Below, piece after piece: positions 1 through 11,133 of a stretch of DNA of 64,000 nt (position 1 is its first letter; each line of letters opens with the position of its first letter). Origin of the DNA: an uncultured Actinomycetes bacterium (GTDB lineage: Bacteria; Actinomycetota; Actinomycetes; Streptosporangiales; Streptosporangiaceae); assembly GCA_963742055.1 (NCBI GenBank), contig CAVUKT010000050.1:5829-69828 (forward strand). Direction: 5' to 3'. The translations under genes and the position numbers were made by a program. The notes below the pieces were generated by a model that did no database searches, was not told the origin of the DNA, and saw only the letters and a program-made list of their open reading frames with translations.

Positions 1-538
1 GCCGATGGTGAACACCCCGTGGCTGCGCATCAGCACGGCCGGGGAGCGGTGCCCGGTCAGGGTGCTCACGATGCCGCGGCCGATCTCGTCGCTGCCGATC
101 AGCGCGAACGGGCCGAGCGGGATCTCACCGCCGAACTCGTCCGCCATGGCCGTGATCACGCACGGGACGGCCTCGCCCCGGGCGGCCCACGCGGTGGCGT
201 AGGTGGAGTGGGTGTGCACCACCCCGCCCACCTCGGGCATGTGCCGGTAGACGTACGCGTGCGTCGCGGTGTCGCTGGACGGGCTGAACCCCTTCTCCAC
301 GGCGTTGCCGTCCAGGTCGCACAAGACCATGGACTCCGGGGTCAGGTCCTCGTACGCGACGCCGCTCGGCTTGATCACCATCAGGTCGGCGCCGTCCGGG
401 CCCGCGCCGGCCACCCGGGCGGAGATGTTGCCTGAGGTCCAGGCGACCAGGCCGTTGTCGACGAGCGCAGCCGTGCAGGGCGCAGACCTCCTGGCGGGCG
501 CGGGTGATCGCCGAGTAGCTCGCATGGTCGGTGGTCAT
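1..538 (-). pseudogene. araD: L-ribulose-5-phosphate 4-epimerase AraD, N-terminal ~180 codons (3-prime end lies beyond the window); frame broken near 470
   Basis: Minus-strand ATG at 536-538 gives MTTDHASYSAITRARQEVCALH. It continues in another frame as ALVDNGLVAWTSGNISARV..MVIKPSGVAYEDL..HTHSTYATAWAARGE. ATGA overlap with the araB stop (535-537). Confidence 0.85.
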
Positions 539-2343
539 CGCTGGCTGCCTTCCGGGCTCGGGGTCTCCTGCATCGCCGGGTCCGGCGGTGGCGGGTCCGC
601 GGCGGGCCCGGCGGCGAGCACCCGGTCGCGCAGCGCCCGCAGCCGGTGCATGACCTCGTTGGCGCCCCGGCCGAAGTAGTCGTGCAGCGTCACGTACTCG
701 GCGTACAGATCGTCGTAGACGTCGGCGCTGGCCGGGTCGGGGGTGTACACCGCGTCGCGCTTGCCGCCCATGGCCGCCGGCCGCGGCCGGCACGTCGGGG
801 TAGGCGCCCGCGGCGACCGCGGCGTGGATGGCCGAGCCGAGCGCGGGGCCCTGGTCGGAGGCGATGACGCTGAGCGGGCGCCGCAGCACGTCCGCGTAGA
901 CCTGCATCACGAACGGGTCCTTGAGCAGGCCGCCGGCCACCACGAACTCGCTGACCGCGCAGCCGGAGGCGGAGAACGCGTCGATGATGACCCGGGTGCC
1001 GAACGCGGTCGCTTCCACCAGCGCGCGGTAGATGTCCGGCGGCCGGGTGGCCAGGGTCAGGCCCACGATGACGCCGGACAGCTGGACGTCGACCAGCACC
1101 GAGCGGTTGCCGTTCAGCCAGTCCAGGGCGATCAGCCCGTGCGCGCCGGCCGGCTGCGCGGCGGCCTCCGCCGACAGCAGCTCGAACAGGGACACGCCGC
1201 GCCGCTCGGCCTCGTCCCGGTAGTCGGCCGGGACGGCGTGATCGAGGAACCAGGCGAAGATGTCGCCGACCCCGCTCTGCCCGGCCTCGTAGCCGTACTC
1301 CCCGGCGACGATGCCGCCGTCCACCACCCCGCACATGCCGGGCACCTCGGCGAGCGTCGCCGGAGTTCATCACGTGGCAGGTCGAGGTGCCCATGATGGC
1401 CACCATCTGACCAGGGGCGATGGCGTTAGCCGCGGGCGGGGTGACGTGCGCGTCCACGTTGCCGACGGCGACGGCGATGCCTTCCGGCAGCCCGGTCCAG
1501 CCGGCCGCCTCGGCGGTCAGCCCGCCCGCCCGGGTCCCCAGCGGCGAGACCGGATGGGCCAGCTTGTCCTCGGCGAAGCTGGCGAAGCCGGGGTTCAGCG
1601 CGGCCGAGGAAGTCCGCCGAAGGGTAGTGGCCGTCCTGGTAGATGCCCTTGTACCCGGCGGTGCAGGCGTTGCGGGTCTCGGTGCCGCACAGCTGCCAGA
1701 TGATCCAGTCGGCCGCCTCGATCCAGCGGTCCGCCTGCTGGTAGACCTCCGGGTCCTCCTCCAGCAGCTGGAGCGCCTTGGCGAACTGCCACTCCGAGGA
1801 GATCTTGCCGCCGTACCGGCCGATCCACGGCTCGCCGCGCTCGTGGGCCAGCGCGTTGATCCGGTCCGCCTGGGGCTGGGCCGCGTGGTGCTTCCACAGC
1901 TTGGGGTAGGCGTGCGGGCGGCCCTCCAGCCCGGGCACCTGGCACAGCGGGGTGCCGTCGCGCCGGGCGGGCAGCACCGTGCAGGCGGTGAAGTCGGTGC
2001 CGATGCCGATCACCTGGGCGGGATCGATCCCGGCCGCCTGGACGGCCTGGGGCACCGCCTCACGCAGCACGTCGCGGTAGTCTTCCGGGTCCTGCAGGGC
2101 CCAGTCCGGCGGCAGCGGCTCCCCGGTCGCGGCCAGCTTGGCGTCCATGACCGCGTGCTGGTAGGTGCAGACCGCGGTGCCGAGTTCGGCGCCGTCGCTG
2201 ACCCGGACCACCACGGCCCGGCCGGAGAGCGTGCCGAAGTCCACTCCGACGACGTAACGGTCCTCGCTGGCCGCCGGTGCCGTCCGGGTCCGCCGGAGCC
2301 GCCCGGGCCTGCCGCCGCTACCGTGAGCGCTAACAGTCATCAT
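535..2343 (-). pseudogene. araB: Ribulokinase AraB, split over four ORF fragments in three frames
   Basis: Fragments 1426-2343, 690-1457, 125-1345 and 535-771. Motifs: RYVVGVDFGTLSGRAVV, GGKISSEWQFAKALQLLEEDPEVY, MVAIMGTSTCHVM, YGYEAGQSGVGDIFAWF, C-terminal DVYDDLYAEYVTLHDYFG. Frame changes near 1440, 1340 and 775. Confidence 0.9.
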
Positions 2344-2434
2344 TGTCCTGTTCTGCCTGCTCTGATCTGGGTGATTGACATCCCGTCGGAGTCCTCGCCT
2401 GGTGGCCCGCCGCTGCCTGGGCGGGTCGCCTGGC

Positions 2435-3473
2435 TCAGGTCGCCCGGGTCACGCTAGCCGGGGGTGCGGCGCTGGAGCGCACCACGAACTGCGGGACGAC
2501 CGGCTCGGCGGGCGCGGTCGCGTCACGATCGAAGATCAGCCCGACCAGCGTGTCCAGCGCCCGCCGGCCCAGCTCACCGAAATCCTGCCGCACCGTGGTC
2601 AGCGGGGGCAGGAAGTAGGCCGCCTCCGGGATGTCGTCGAATCCGACCACGCTGACGTCCTCGGGCACCCGCCGGCCCTCCTCGGACAGCGCGCGGATCA
2701 GGCCCAGCGCCACCTGGTCGTTGGCGCAGAGGATGGCGGTCACGCTGTCGTCCCGCGCGATCTGCCGCCCCCTCTCGTACCCGGACGCCGCGGACCAGTC
2801 GCCGGGGATCAGGTCCGGCTCGGGGGCCCCCGCGTCGCGCAGCGCCTGCCGCCAGCCGTCCACCCGGGCCTCGGCGTCGAGCCAGGAGGGCGGCCCGCTC
2901 AGGTGGTGGACCGTCCGGTGGCCGAGGCCGAGCAGGTACCTGGTGGCCAGCGCCGCCCCCTCGGCGTTGTCCACCGCGACCGAGTGCACCGGCGGGGTCA
3001 TCCCGCAGCCCACCGCGACGAGCGGGATGTCGTCCGGGCAGTTGGTCAGCGCTTCCACCGCCGAGACCTGCGGCGGTGATCACGATGATTCCCTCCACGC
3101 CCTGCCCCACGAAACGCTCCACCGAGTCCAGCACGGACCGGCGGTCCAGGGTCGGGGTGCTGGCGATGGAGACGAAGTAGTTGTCCTGGGCCGCCCGCTC
3201 GATCCCGTAGAGCATGGAGGCCGGCCCGTACAGGGTGGTGTCGAAGCTGATCACGCCGAGGGTGTGGGTGCGCCGGGTGACCAGGGTCCGGGCCGCGGCG
3301 TTCGGCCGGTAGCCGAGCTCGGTGATCGCGGCGAGGACCAGTTCCCTGGTCTGCGGGCGGACGTTGGGATGATCGTTGAGGACCCGGGACACGGTCTGAT
3401 GGGAGACGCCGGCCAGCTGGGCCACGTCGGTCATGACCGGCGGGCGGCTGCGCCCGCGATCCGGAAGTGCCAC
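2435..3473 (-). pseudogene. LacI-family transcriptional regulator (AraR-like by position), one frame change near 3065
   Basis: HTH MTDVAQLAGVSHQTVSRVLN (ATG 3434 or GTG 3473). Sugar-binding core ILCANDQVALGLIRAL and VSVVGFDDIPEAAYFLPPLTTVRQDF. Lies directly upstream of araB on the same strand. Confidence 0.85.
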
Positions 3474-3683
3474 GTACCGCCTCCTTCCGCCGTCTCGTCC
3501 CGCCGCCCGGGGCTCCGCTGCCTCGACCCGCCCGGATTCCGCCGGCCGTTCTGCCTGCTGTTCACTTGTGGGGACCGCCGCGTGCCCGGCGCCGGGCGCT
3601 GCCGCCCGCCCGTCCTGGGCTGACGTTTTGCCCCCGGCTTACCGTATTCAGCCATGGCCAGACTCAACAGCCACAGATAACAC

Positions 3684-3710
3684 CTTGTGTACCCACTTGC
3701 TAGGTACAAG
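3684..3710. promoter_or_regulatory. Imperfect inverted repeat upstream of the LacI-araB-araD operon (operator candidate)
   Basis: cttgtgtacc (3684-3693), 9-nt spacer, ggtacaag (3703-3710), in the only AT-richer patch of this intergenic region. Confidence 0.3.
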
Positions 3711-3827
3711 TATGCGGATTCCGGTTCGGTGCCCGGGGGGATTGTGACCGCTCACATCCCGCAGGTCAAGCCGGCCGCGGGGACGGGCCGCCCGGGCGGC
3801 CCCGCGCCGCGGCCGGGAACGGGCCGC

Positions 3828-4878
3828 TCATGACGCCCCGGGCCCGGTCGAGTCGCGGGTGACCAGGCGGCAGGGCACGGTGTGCGCGCCGTGCGTGGGC
3901 TCGCCGTTGATGGCCAGCAGGAGGTGTTCCGCGGCCACCCGGCCGATGTCCTCCAGGCACATGTCGACGCTGGTCAGGGGGGGATCGGCGCCGGTCACCA
4001 TCGGGCTCCAGTTGTCGAAGCCGACCAGCGCGATGTCCTCGGGTACCCGGCAGCCGATCAGCCGCAGGGTGTCGGAGACGCCGCGGGCGATCTGGTCGCT
4101 GCCGCAGAAGATCGCCTCGCACCCCGGGTGTGGTGCTGCAGCACGACCCGGGCCGCCTCCCGCCCCCAGGCCTCGCTCCACTCCCCGTACAGCACGTCGT
4201 TGGCGGTGAAGGCCATGCCCGGCGTCCGCCATGCGCGTCGCAGAAGCCCCGCGCCCGCTTCCGGGCGGCGAGGAAACGCTGCGGGCCGGTGATGTGGCCG
4301 AACCGGCGGCGGCCCAGGGCCAGCAGGTGCTCGGCGGCCAGCCGCCCGCCGCCGGCGTCGTCGGGCAGGATCGCGGGCTCGTCGCTGTCCATCGACTGGG
4401 TCATCGCGTACACCACCGGGACGCCCAGGTCCAGCGCCGATGCTGGGCCGCGGCTCGATCCGCCGCCCGGCCACGATCAGGCCGTCCACCCGGCGGGACA
4501 GCAGCATGTCCAGGTACTGCCGCTCCCGGTCCGGGTCGTCCCTGGTGTCGCACATGAACACCGAGATCTGGCCGGCCCCGAGGGCGTCCTCGGCGCCGAG
4601 CATGACCGGGATGCTGAACCGGCCGAAGCTGTCCGTGGTGATCACGCCCACGGTGTAGGTCCGCCCGGCGAGCAGGCCGCGGGCCAGCACGTTGGGGGCG
4701 AAGCCGAGCTCGCGGGCGGCGGCCGCGACCCGGTCCCGGGTCTCGGCGCGCAGTTTGCCCTGGCCGTTGAGGGCCTTGGAGGCGGTCCCGATCGAGACGC
4801 CAGCCAGCGCCGCCACGTCCCGGATGGTCGCCGCGCCTGGCGTTGAGGTTCGCGAGCGCAGGCAAAGGGTTGCTCCAT
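3828..4878 (-). pseudogene. Second LacI-family transcriptional regulator, at least 3 frame changes
   Basis: ATIRDVAALAGVSIGTASKALNGQG HTH, VGVITTDSFGRFSIPVMLG, AIFCGSDQIARGVSDTLRLIGCRVPEDIALVGFDNW. Fragments 4058-4816, 3766-4416 and 3828-4232. Start uncertain (ATG 4878 is in another frame). Confidence 0.8.
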
Positions 4879-4994
4879 GTCGTCCTGCCTCGGGCAGCGA
4901 CTCGTCGTGATCGTAATCGAGGCGGGTTTGACCAGTCTTGACGCTGTCCCGCCACGAGCTCCTAGCTTACTGAGGAAAACCTATTCCTTACCAG

Positions 4995-5029
4995 TGTCAG
5001 CGCGCACACGGCGCTGAGCCAGCGCTGGC
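4995..5029. promoter_or_regulatory. LacI-type operator candidates between the second LacI gene and the GH127 gene
   Basis: tgtcagcgcgcaca (4995-5008; 5 of 7 palindromic pairs, TG..CG..CA pattern) and the perfect 12-bp palindrome gccagcgctggc (5018-5029). Confidence 0.3.
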
Positions 5030-5115
5030 AAGGTTCAGCCGGCGGCTGACGCCGGCGGCCCTGATCACGCCCGTCCCGGGAGGCTGGAGCACGTCCAGGT
5101 GCGCAGTAGCGATGG

Positions 5116-7041
5116 ATGTCCGCCGTGCTCGCGGCCGCGCGCCGGTCCCAGCGCCAGCCGCCGCGGTCGCGCGCCGGCCGCTCGGCGGCCAGGCGTCCGG
5201 CTCGGCCGGGCCTGCTGCACGACTGGCAGCAGCGCAACGCCGCGGCCAGCCTGCCGCTGGCGCTGCGCCAGCTGGAGGCGGCCGGGAACCTGGCCAACCT
5301 CCGCCTGGCCATCGCCGGGGCCAGCGAGGGCTACCGGGGCCCGGTGTTCATGGACTCCGACATCTACAAGGTCCTGGAGGCGATCGGCTGGGAGCTGGGC
5401 CGGTCGCCGGACGCAGGAGCTGGCCGAGCTTCGCTGGCCGAGACGACCGCGCTGCTGGAGAAGGCCCAGCAGCCGGACGGCTACCTGAACTCCTACATCC
5501 AGGTCACCGGCCGGCCCCGGTACAGCTTCCTGGCCTCCAGCCACGAGATGTACTGCGCCGGCCACCTGATCCAGGCCGGCCATCGCCTGCCAGCGCGGCG
5601 CCGGGCGATCCGGCGCTGCTCGGGGTGGCCCGGCGGTTCGCGGACCACCTGGTCGACCACTTCCTGGGCCGGGAGGAGGGCATCGACGGCCACCCGATCG
5701 TGGAGACCGCGCTCGTCGAGCTGTACCGGGAGACCGGCCACGAACCGTACCTGCGGCTGGCCAGCCAGTTCATCGAGCAGCGCGGCCACGGGCTGATCGG
5801 GGACTCCGGCTTCGGCCGCCGCTACCTGCAGGACCACGAGCCGGTCCGGGAGATCGTCGACCGAGGTCGGGCACGTGGTCCGCGCGCTGTACCTGGAGGC
5901 CGGGCGTCGCGGACGTCGCCGCCGAGACCGGCGACGCGGAGCTGCTGGCCGTCCTCGCTGACCCGCTGGGCCGACATGGTCGCGGCCAAGACCTACCTGA
6001 CCGGCGGGAACGGGTCGCGGCACGAGGGCGAGAGCTTCGGCGACCGCTTCGAGCTGCCGCCGGACCGGGCCTACAACGAGACCTGCGCGGCCATCGCCAG
6101 CTTCCAGTGGGCCTGGCGGCTGCTGCTGGCCACCGGCGACAGCCGGTACGCCGACCTGATGGAGCGCGTCCTCTACAACGGCTTCGCGCGCGTCCACGGC
6201 CACCGACGGGACCCGGTTCTTCTACGTCAACCCGCTGCAGCGCCGCGCCGGATCACTTCGAGAAGGACGATCCGGGGCGCCGCCGGGAGTGGTTCTCCTG
6301 CGCCTGCTGCCCGCCGAACATCATGCGCACGATGGCGTCCCTCCAGCACTACCTGGCCACCACGGGCAGCACGGGGGCCAGCGGGACCCTGTACGTGCAC
6401 CAGTTCACCGGGGCGACCCTCAGCGCGCCGCTGGCCGGCGGTGTCCTGACCGTGGAGATGGTCACGGACTATCCCTGGTCCGGCGCCGTCGAGCTGCGGG
6501 TCACCAGCGCCCCGCCGCAGGAATGCGGGCTGGCCCTGCGCGTCCCGGCCTGGAGCGCTCCGCCCGCTTTGCTCCTCGAGCGACCACCCGGCCGGGGCCA
6601 GCGCCGAACCGGGGTACCTGGTGGTCCGCCGGCGATGGCAGGCCGGCGACGTGCTCCGCTACGAGCTGGATACCTCGCCGCGGCTGACCTTCCCCGACCG
6701 CGGGTCGACGCGGTGCGCGGCTGTGCCGCGATCGAGCGGGGCCCGCTCGTCTACTGCTTCGAGCAGGCCGACCAGGCGGCCGGGGTGGAACTGGACGATC
6801 TCGCCGTCCTCGATGGCCAGCCCGCGACACCGCGGCCTGCGTCCCGGGCGTCGGGGAGACGGTCCTCATCGAGGCGGACGCGGCCCGCCTGGCGGACGCC
6901 GCTCGCGCGGCCAGCCCGGACCCGGTCACCGCCACCGCCATCCCCTACTTCCAGTGGGACAACCGGGACGGCCGGGCCATGCGGGTCTGGATCCCGGTGG
7001 CCAGCCCCCTGGCGCCCGCCTCCGCAGCCCCCGGTCACTGA
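5116..7041 (+). pseudogene. Glycoside hydrolase family 127 (HypBA1-type beta-L-arabinofuranosidase, DUF1680), many frame changes
   Basis: GLLHDWQQRNAAASLPLALRQLEAAGNLANL, FMDSDIYKVLEAIGWELG, QQPDGYLNSYIQV, SHEMYCAGHLIQAG, TYLTGGNGSRHEGESFG..YNETCAAIAS, EWFSCACCPPNIMR (Cys-rich GH127 active-site motif), AIPYFQWDNRDGRAMRVW. TGA at 7039-7041. Confidence 0.85.
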
Positions 7042-7195
7042 GCCCGCCACCCGACGGGAGTCCGCCACCGCCAACCCCGACGACCAACCCGCTCCCGACG
7101 ACGCGACCCCCGACCGCACGACGTTCCCGATCCCAACCTCCCGACCACGCATCACCCCCTGACAACGCGACTTTCCTCGACGAGGAGGCAGTGAC

Positions 7196-8518
7196 ATGCA
7201 AGGGCGTCATAAGCAGAAGACGCTGGTCTGCGCCGCGGTGGGAGCCGTGGCGCTGCTGGCTGCGGCGTGCGGCGGCTCGTCCGGCTCCACGAGCTCGCAG
7301 TCGCCGAAGACGTTCGGCGTGAACGCCACCGGGACGGTGCACTTCTGGGCCCGCCAGGCCACCGACGGCCCGGCCAAGGCCCTGGTCGCGGAGTTCAACG
7401 CGACCCACAAGAACCTCAAGGTGGTGCTGCACCTGACGCCGCCCAACGACGACACCAGCCAGCTCGCCACCGCGATCCGGGCCGGCTCGCTGCCCGACGT
7501 GGTCGGCCTGAACGACATCGACGTGCCGACGTTCAGCCATGAGAACGCGCTGATGAACCTCACCAAGTACATCAACGCGCTGCCGTACAAGACCTCGCTC
7601 AGCCCCGGCCACCTGGCGCTGGCGACCATCAGCGGCCAGTACTACGGGCTGCCCTACCTGGCCGACCTGTCCGTGCTCTGGTACAACAAGAAGCTGTTCA
7701 AGGAGGCCGGGCTGAACCCGAACGACCCGCCGACCAACTACGCCCAGATCGTCGTCGGACGCGAAGAAGATCAGCGCGCTCGGGCCACGGCATCTACGGG
7801 CTTCTCGTTCGCCGGCGACTGCCAGGGCTGCCTGGGCTTCACCATGCTGCCGTCGCTGTGGGCGGACGGCCTGCACATGATCAGCGGCCCGCTCGGCAAC
7901 CAGACGGTCAACGTCGCCAACGACGCCCCGCTCAAGACGATGCTGGCGGACTACCGGACGCTGTGGGCCAAGCAATGGTGCCGGTCGCCGACCAGACCCA
8001 GAACGGGCTGACCTGGGGCGCCGACTTCGAGGCGGGCAAGGTCGGCATCCTGCCCGGCGACTACGGGTTCGCCACCAAGTTAGACGAAGCAGCCGCGGAG
8101 TTCGCCGACGCGCCGCTGCCCGCGCGTGAACGGCGGCAACTACAGCACGTTCGACGGCGGCGACGACTTCGTGATCCCGGCCGGCGCGCCCAACCCGTCC
8201 GGGCGCGTGGGAGTTCATCAAGTGGGCGCTGGAGCCGCAGCAGCAGGAGCAAGTACCCGTCCGAGGGCATGACCCCGGTCCGCTCCGACGTGCTGACCCC
8301 GGCGTTCGCGGCCACCAACCCGTACGACGCGGTCGCGCTCAAGGCCCTGGCCAAGGGCTCGGTGGAATACACCCTGGCGTACGACGCGGTGTTCAACGAG
8401 CCGGGCTCGCCCTGGTTCAAGATGTTCGAGGATGCGGTTTACAACGGCAACCTGACCGCCGGCATTGCAGGAAGGGCAATCCGGCATCCAGAGCACGCTG
8501 GCGAGCGTGAAGGGCTGA
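7196..8518 (+). pseudogene. ABC sugar transporter substrate-binding lipoprotein (family-1 SBP), several frame changes
   Basis: GAGGAGG RBS before ATG 7196. Lipobox in LVCAAVGAVALLAAACGGSS. VHFWARQATDGPAKALVAEFNATHKNLKV, YYGLPYLADLSVLWYNKKLFKEAGL. Corrected C-terminus QEGQSGIQSTLASVKG with TGA 8516-8518. Confidence 0.85.
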
Positions 8519-8542
8519 GCCGGATCGTGTCAGGACAGGTCA

Positions 8543-9544
8543 GTGCCCCGCCCGCGGACCGGCGGCCCGCCGGCGGGGCGGCCTGACCCGCAGGCTGGCT
8601 GCCCGCGGCGGCTCCGCCGCGGGGCAGCCTGCCGCGGGTTGGCGCCGCGCCGCCGGCGGCGCCAGCGCCGCCGCCCGCCGGACCAGCGCGGATGGGCCTG
8701 CTGCTGTTCTCCCCGGCGCTGCTGCTCGTCGGGGCCTTCGCGCTGTTCCCGCTCGGCTTCGGCGTCTACATCTCGCTGACGAACTGGCCGCTGGTCGGGC
8801 CGTACCACTTCATCGGCCTGGCCAACTACAGCAGCCTGATGCACAACTCGGTGTTCCTCCAGTCGATCCGTGTTCACGCTGAAGTACACCGCGATCGTCA
8901 CGATCCCGATCTTCGTCGTCGGGTACGCCCTGGCCGTGTTCGTCCGGGCGAACCGGCGCGGGCAGCGACGGTGTTCCGCACGATGATCTTCCTGCCGTAC
9001 ATCGTCGGCCTGGTCGCGGAGAGCTACATGGCCGTGGTCGAGCTGCAGCCGGACTCCGGGACCGTGAACTTCGTGCTGTCCAAGCTCGGCATCGTCGAGC
9101 GCCACCACCGCGTGGACCGTGCACACCGGCCTGGCGATGACCGCGATCTGCATCCTGGTCATCTGGTTCGCCTCCGGGCTGACGATGATGCTGCTGATGG
9201 CCGGGATGCAGGGCATCCCGAACGAGCTCTACGAGTCGGCCCGGGTGGACGGGGCGTCCTGGTGGAGCGCCGAGCGGCGGATCACGGTGCCGCTGCTGCG
9301 CCGGTCGATCGCGCTGAGCCTGATCATCTCGGTGGTCGGCTCGTTCCTCGCCTTCAACCAGTTCTTCATCATCACCGACGGCGGGCCGGGGACCAGCACC
9401 GAGTCCGTGGTGATGTCGATCTACCAGACCGCCTTCGCGGACACCAACGTGGGCCTGGCCAGCGCGATGTCGGTCGTGCTCGTCATCGTGGTCGGCCTGA
9501 TCACCTTCGTCCAGTTCCACTACCTGCAAGGGGATGGCGACTGA
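8543..9544 (+). pseudogene. CUT1-family sugar ABC permease 1 (start 8543 or 8692), frame changes near 8870, 8960 and 9110
   Basis: LLLFSPALLLVGAFALFPLGFGVYISLTNW. EAA-loop region MAGMQGIPNELYESARVDGASWWSAERRITVPLL. Stop 9542-9544 overlaps the next ATG. Confidence 0.8.
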
Positions 9545-10440
9545 TGGCATGCCGCGACGGTGCTACGACCCGGCACCGCCCAGGCCCCGGACGCCGGGCC
9601 AGCCGCAGCGCGGGCTGGGCTGGTAGCCTGGTACATCGCGCGGGCGTGGCGATCAGCGCGGTGTTCGTGGTGCCGCTGCTCTGGGAGATGTTCCGCTCGC
9701 TGCAGCCGGAGTCGGCGGTCAGCAACCCGCCGTCGGCGGCGAGCTTCACCCACCTGACGTTCGCGAACTACCGGACGCTGCTGTCCGGCCAGGACGACAT
9801 CATCCGCAACGTCATGAACAGCCTGATCGTGGCCGTGCTGACCGCGCTGCTCACCGCCGTGGTGTCGCTGCTGGCCGGCTACGGCTTCGCGCTGTTCCGG
9901 TTCCGCGGCTCGGGCCTGGTCTTCGGCGTGGTGCTGCTCGCGTTCATGATCCCGTTCCAGGCGGTGCTGACGCCGCTGTTCCTGGAACTGCACTTCCTGC
10001 ACCTGCTGAACAGCCTGATCGGCCTGGCGCTGTTCTACACCACGTTCAACCTGCCGGTCGGCGTGTTCGTGATGCGGAACAGCTTCCTCCAGGTGCCCGG
10101 CGAGATCGTGGACGCGGCCCGGGTGGACGGCGCGTCGGTGATCCGGACCCTGTTCTCGGTGCTCCGGCCGCTGGTGATGCCGGGGATCGCCACCAGCGCG
10201 CTGTACGCGTTCCTGTTCTCCTGGACGGAGTTCCTCGGCGCGCTGAGCTTCCTGACCAACGACAGCCTGTTCACCCTGCCGGTCGCGCTGAGCAACGTGG
10301 AGACCGGGACCTACGGCGCGGTCAACTACGGCCTGCTGCTGGCCGGCGCGGTCATCGCGATGATCCCGTGCATCGTGGTCTACGTCTCGCTGCAGCGGTT
10401 CTACGTCCGCGGCCTGGTCTCCGGCGCGCTGAAGGGCTGA
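9544..10440 (+). CDS. CUT1-family sugar ABC permease 2
   Basis: ATGA coupling to permease 1. AISAVFVVPLLWEMFRSL, LAFMIPFQAVLTPLFL, QVPGEIVDAARVDGASVIRTLFSVLRPLVMPG. Uninterrupted to TGA 10438-10440. Confidence 0.85.
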   Translation: MACRDGATTRHRPGPGRRASRSAGWAGSLVHRAGVAISAVFVVPLLWEMFRSLQPESAVSNPPSAASFTHLTFANYRTLLSGQDDIIRNVMNSLIVAVLTALLTAVVSLLAGYGFALFRFRGSGLVFGVVLLAFMIPFQAVLTPLFLELHFLHLLNSLIGLALFYTTFNLPVGVFVMRNSFLQVPGEIVDAARVDGASVIRTLFSVLRPLVMPGIATSALYAFLFSWTEFLGALSFLTNDSLFTLPVALSNVETGTYGAVNYGLLLAGAVIAMIPCIVVYVSLQRFYVRGLVSGALKG

Positions 10441-10472
10441 CCGGGCGCGGGCTGACCGGGCGCGACGGCGGG

Positions 10473-10502
10473 CTGACCGGCCGCTGGCCGGCGCCCGGTC
10501 AG
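10473..10502. terminator. Hairpin between convergent permease and XdhC genes
   Basis: ctgaccgg (10473-10480) and ccggtcag (10495-10502). The right arm contains the XdhC stop codon. Confidence 0.4.
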
Positions 10503-11035
10503 AACGAGAAGCCGCCGGGGCGGCCGTTGCGGTCCGCGATCAGCCCGGCCAGGGTGGAGATGGCGATCTCCGGCGGGGTGCGGGAGCCGATGTTCAGCCC
10601 GATCGGCCGGTGCACCCGGGCGATGTCGGCCTCGGCCACGCCCAGCCCGGCCAGGGCCTCGATGTGCGGCCCGGGATGCCGGGGGTTGCCCATGATCCCC
10701 ACCCAGCGGGCCGGGCTGGCCAGCGCGTCGCGCAGCACCACCCCGAGCTCGGGCCGGTGGTGGTCGGTCACCACGAGATCGGCGGCGGCGTCCAGGTACT
10801 TCGCGGCGTCGCCGGTCACCTCGTAGCCGGTGGTCCGGGCGGTGGCCGCGCGGTCCGGGTCGGGTTCCAGCAGCACCACGCGGTACCCGGCGTCGCCCGC
10901 GAAGTGCAGCAGGAATTCGGCGACCGGGGACGCGAACGCCGCGATCAGGGTCTTCTCGCCGGCGGCGGCCGTGCCGTGGCCGTGGGCGACCTCACAGGCC
11001 GCGCTCTCGTCGAGGCCGTCCTGCTCGTTTCCCAT
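10499..11035 (-). CDS. XdhC-family accessory protein, C-terminal Rossmann domain only
   Basis: TLIAAFASPVAEFLLHFAGDAGYRVVLLEPD, VVTDHHRPELGVVLRDAL, WVGIMGNPRH, RVHRPIGLNIGSRTPPEIAISTLAGLIA. Intact ORF of 178 aa. Confidence 0.75.
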   Translation of the reverse strand: MGNEQDGLDESAACEVAHGHGTAAAGEKTLIAAFASPVAEFLLHFAGDAGYRVVLLEPDPDRAATARTTGYEVTGDAAKYLDAAADLVVTDHHRPELGVVLRDALASPARWVGIMGNPRHPGPHIEALAGLGVAEADIARVHRPIGLNIGSRTPPEIAISTLAGLIADRNGRPGGFSF

Positions 11036-11133
11036 ACTGCCGAGCTTGCCACGCTGGGCCAGGCTTTGGCGACGCCGGGCCGGGGCAGATACCCATGCGG
11101 GCCAATGACCATGATCACGAGAGGACTACGGGC

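Noticed and set aside
8692-10440. Single 582-aa ORF spanning both sugar permeases
   Set aside because: It is an accident of frame changes. The middle part is out-of-frame sequence. Two separate CUT1 permeases, each with its own EAA loop, are joined at the ATGA at 9542-9546.
11036-11133. Moco riboswitch upstream of the Mop gene
   Set aside because: The region is under 100 nt, shared with the divergent XdhC promoter, and I could see no conserved Moco-motif elements.
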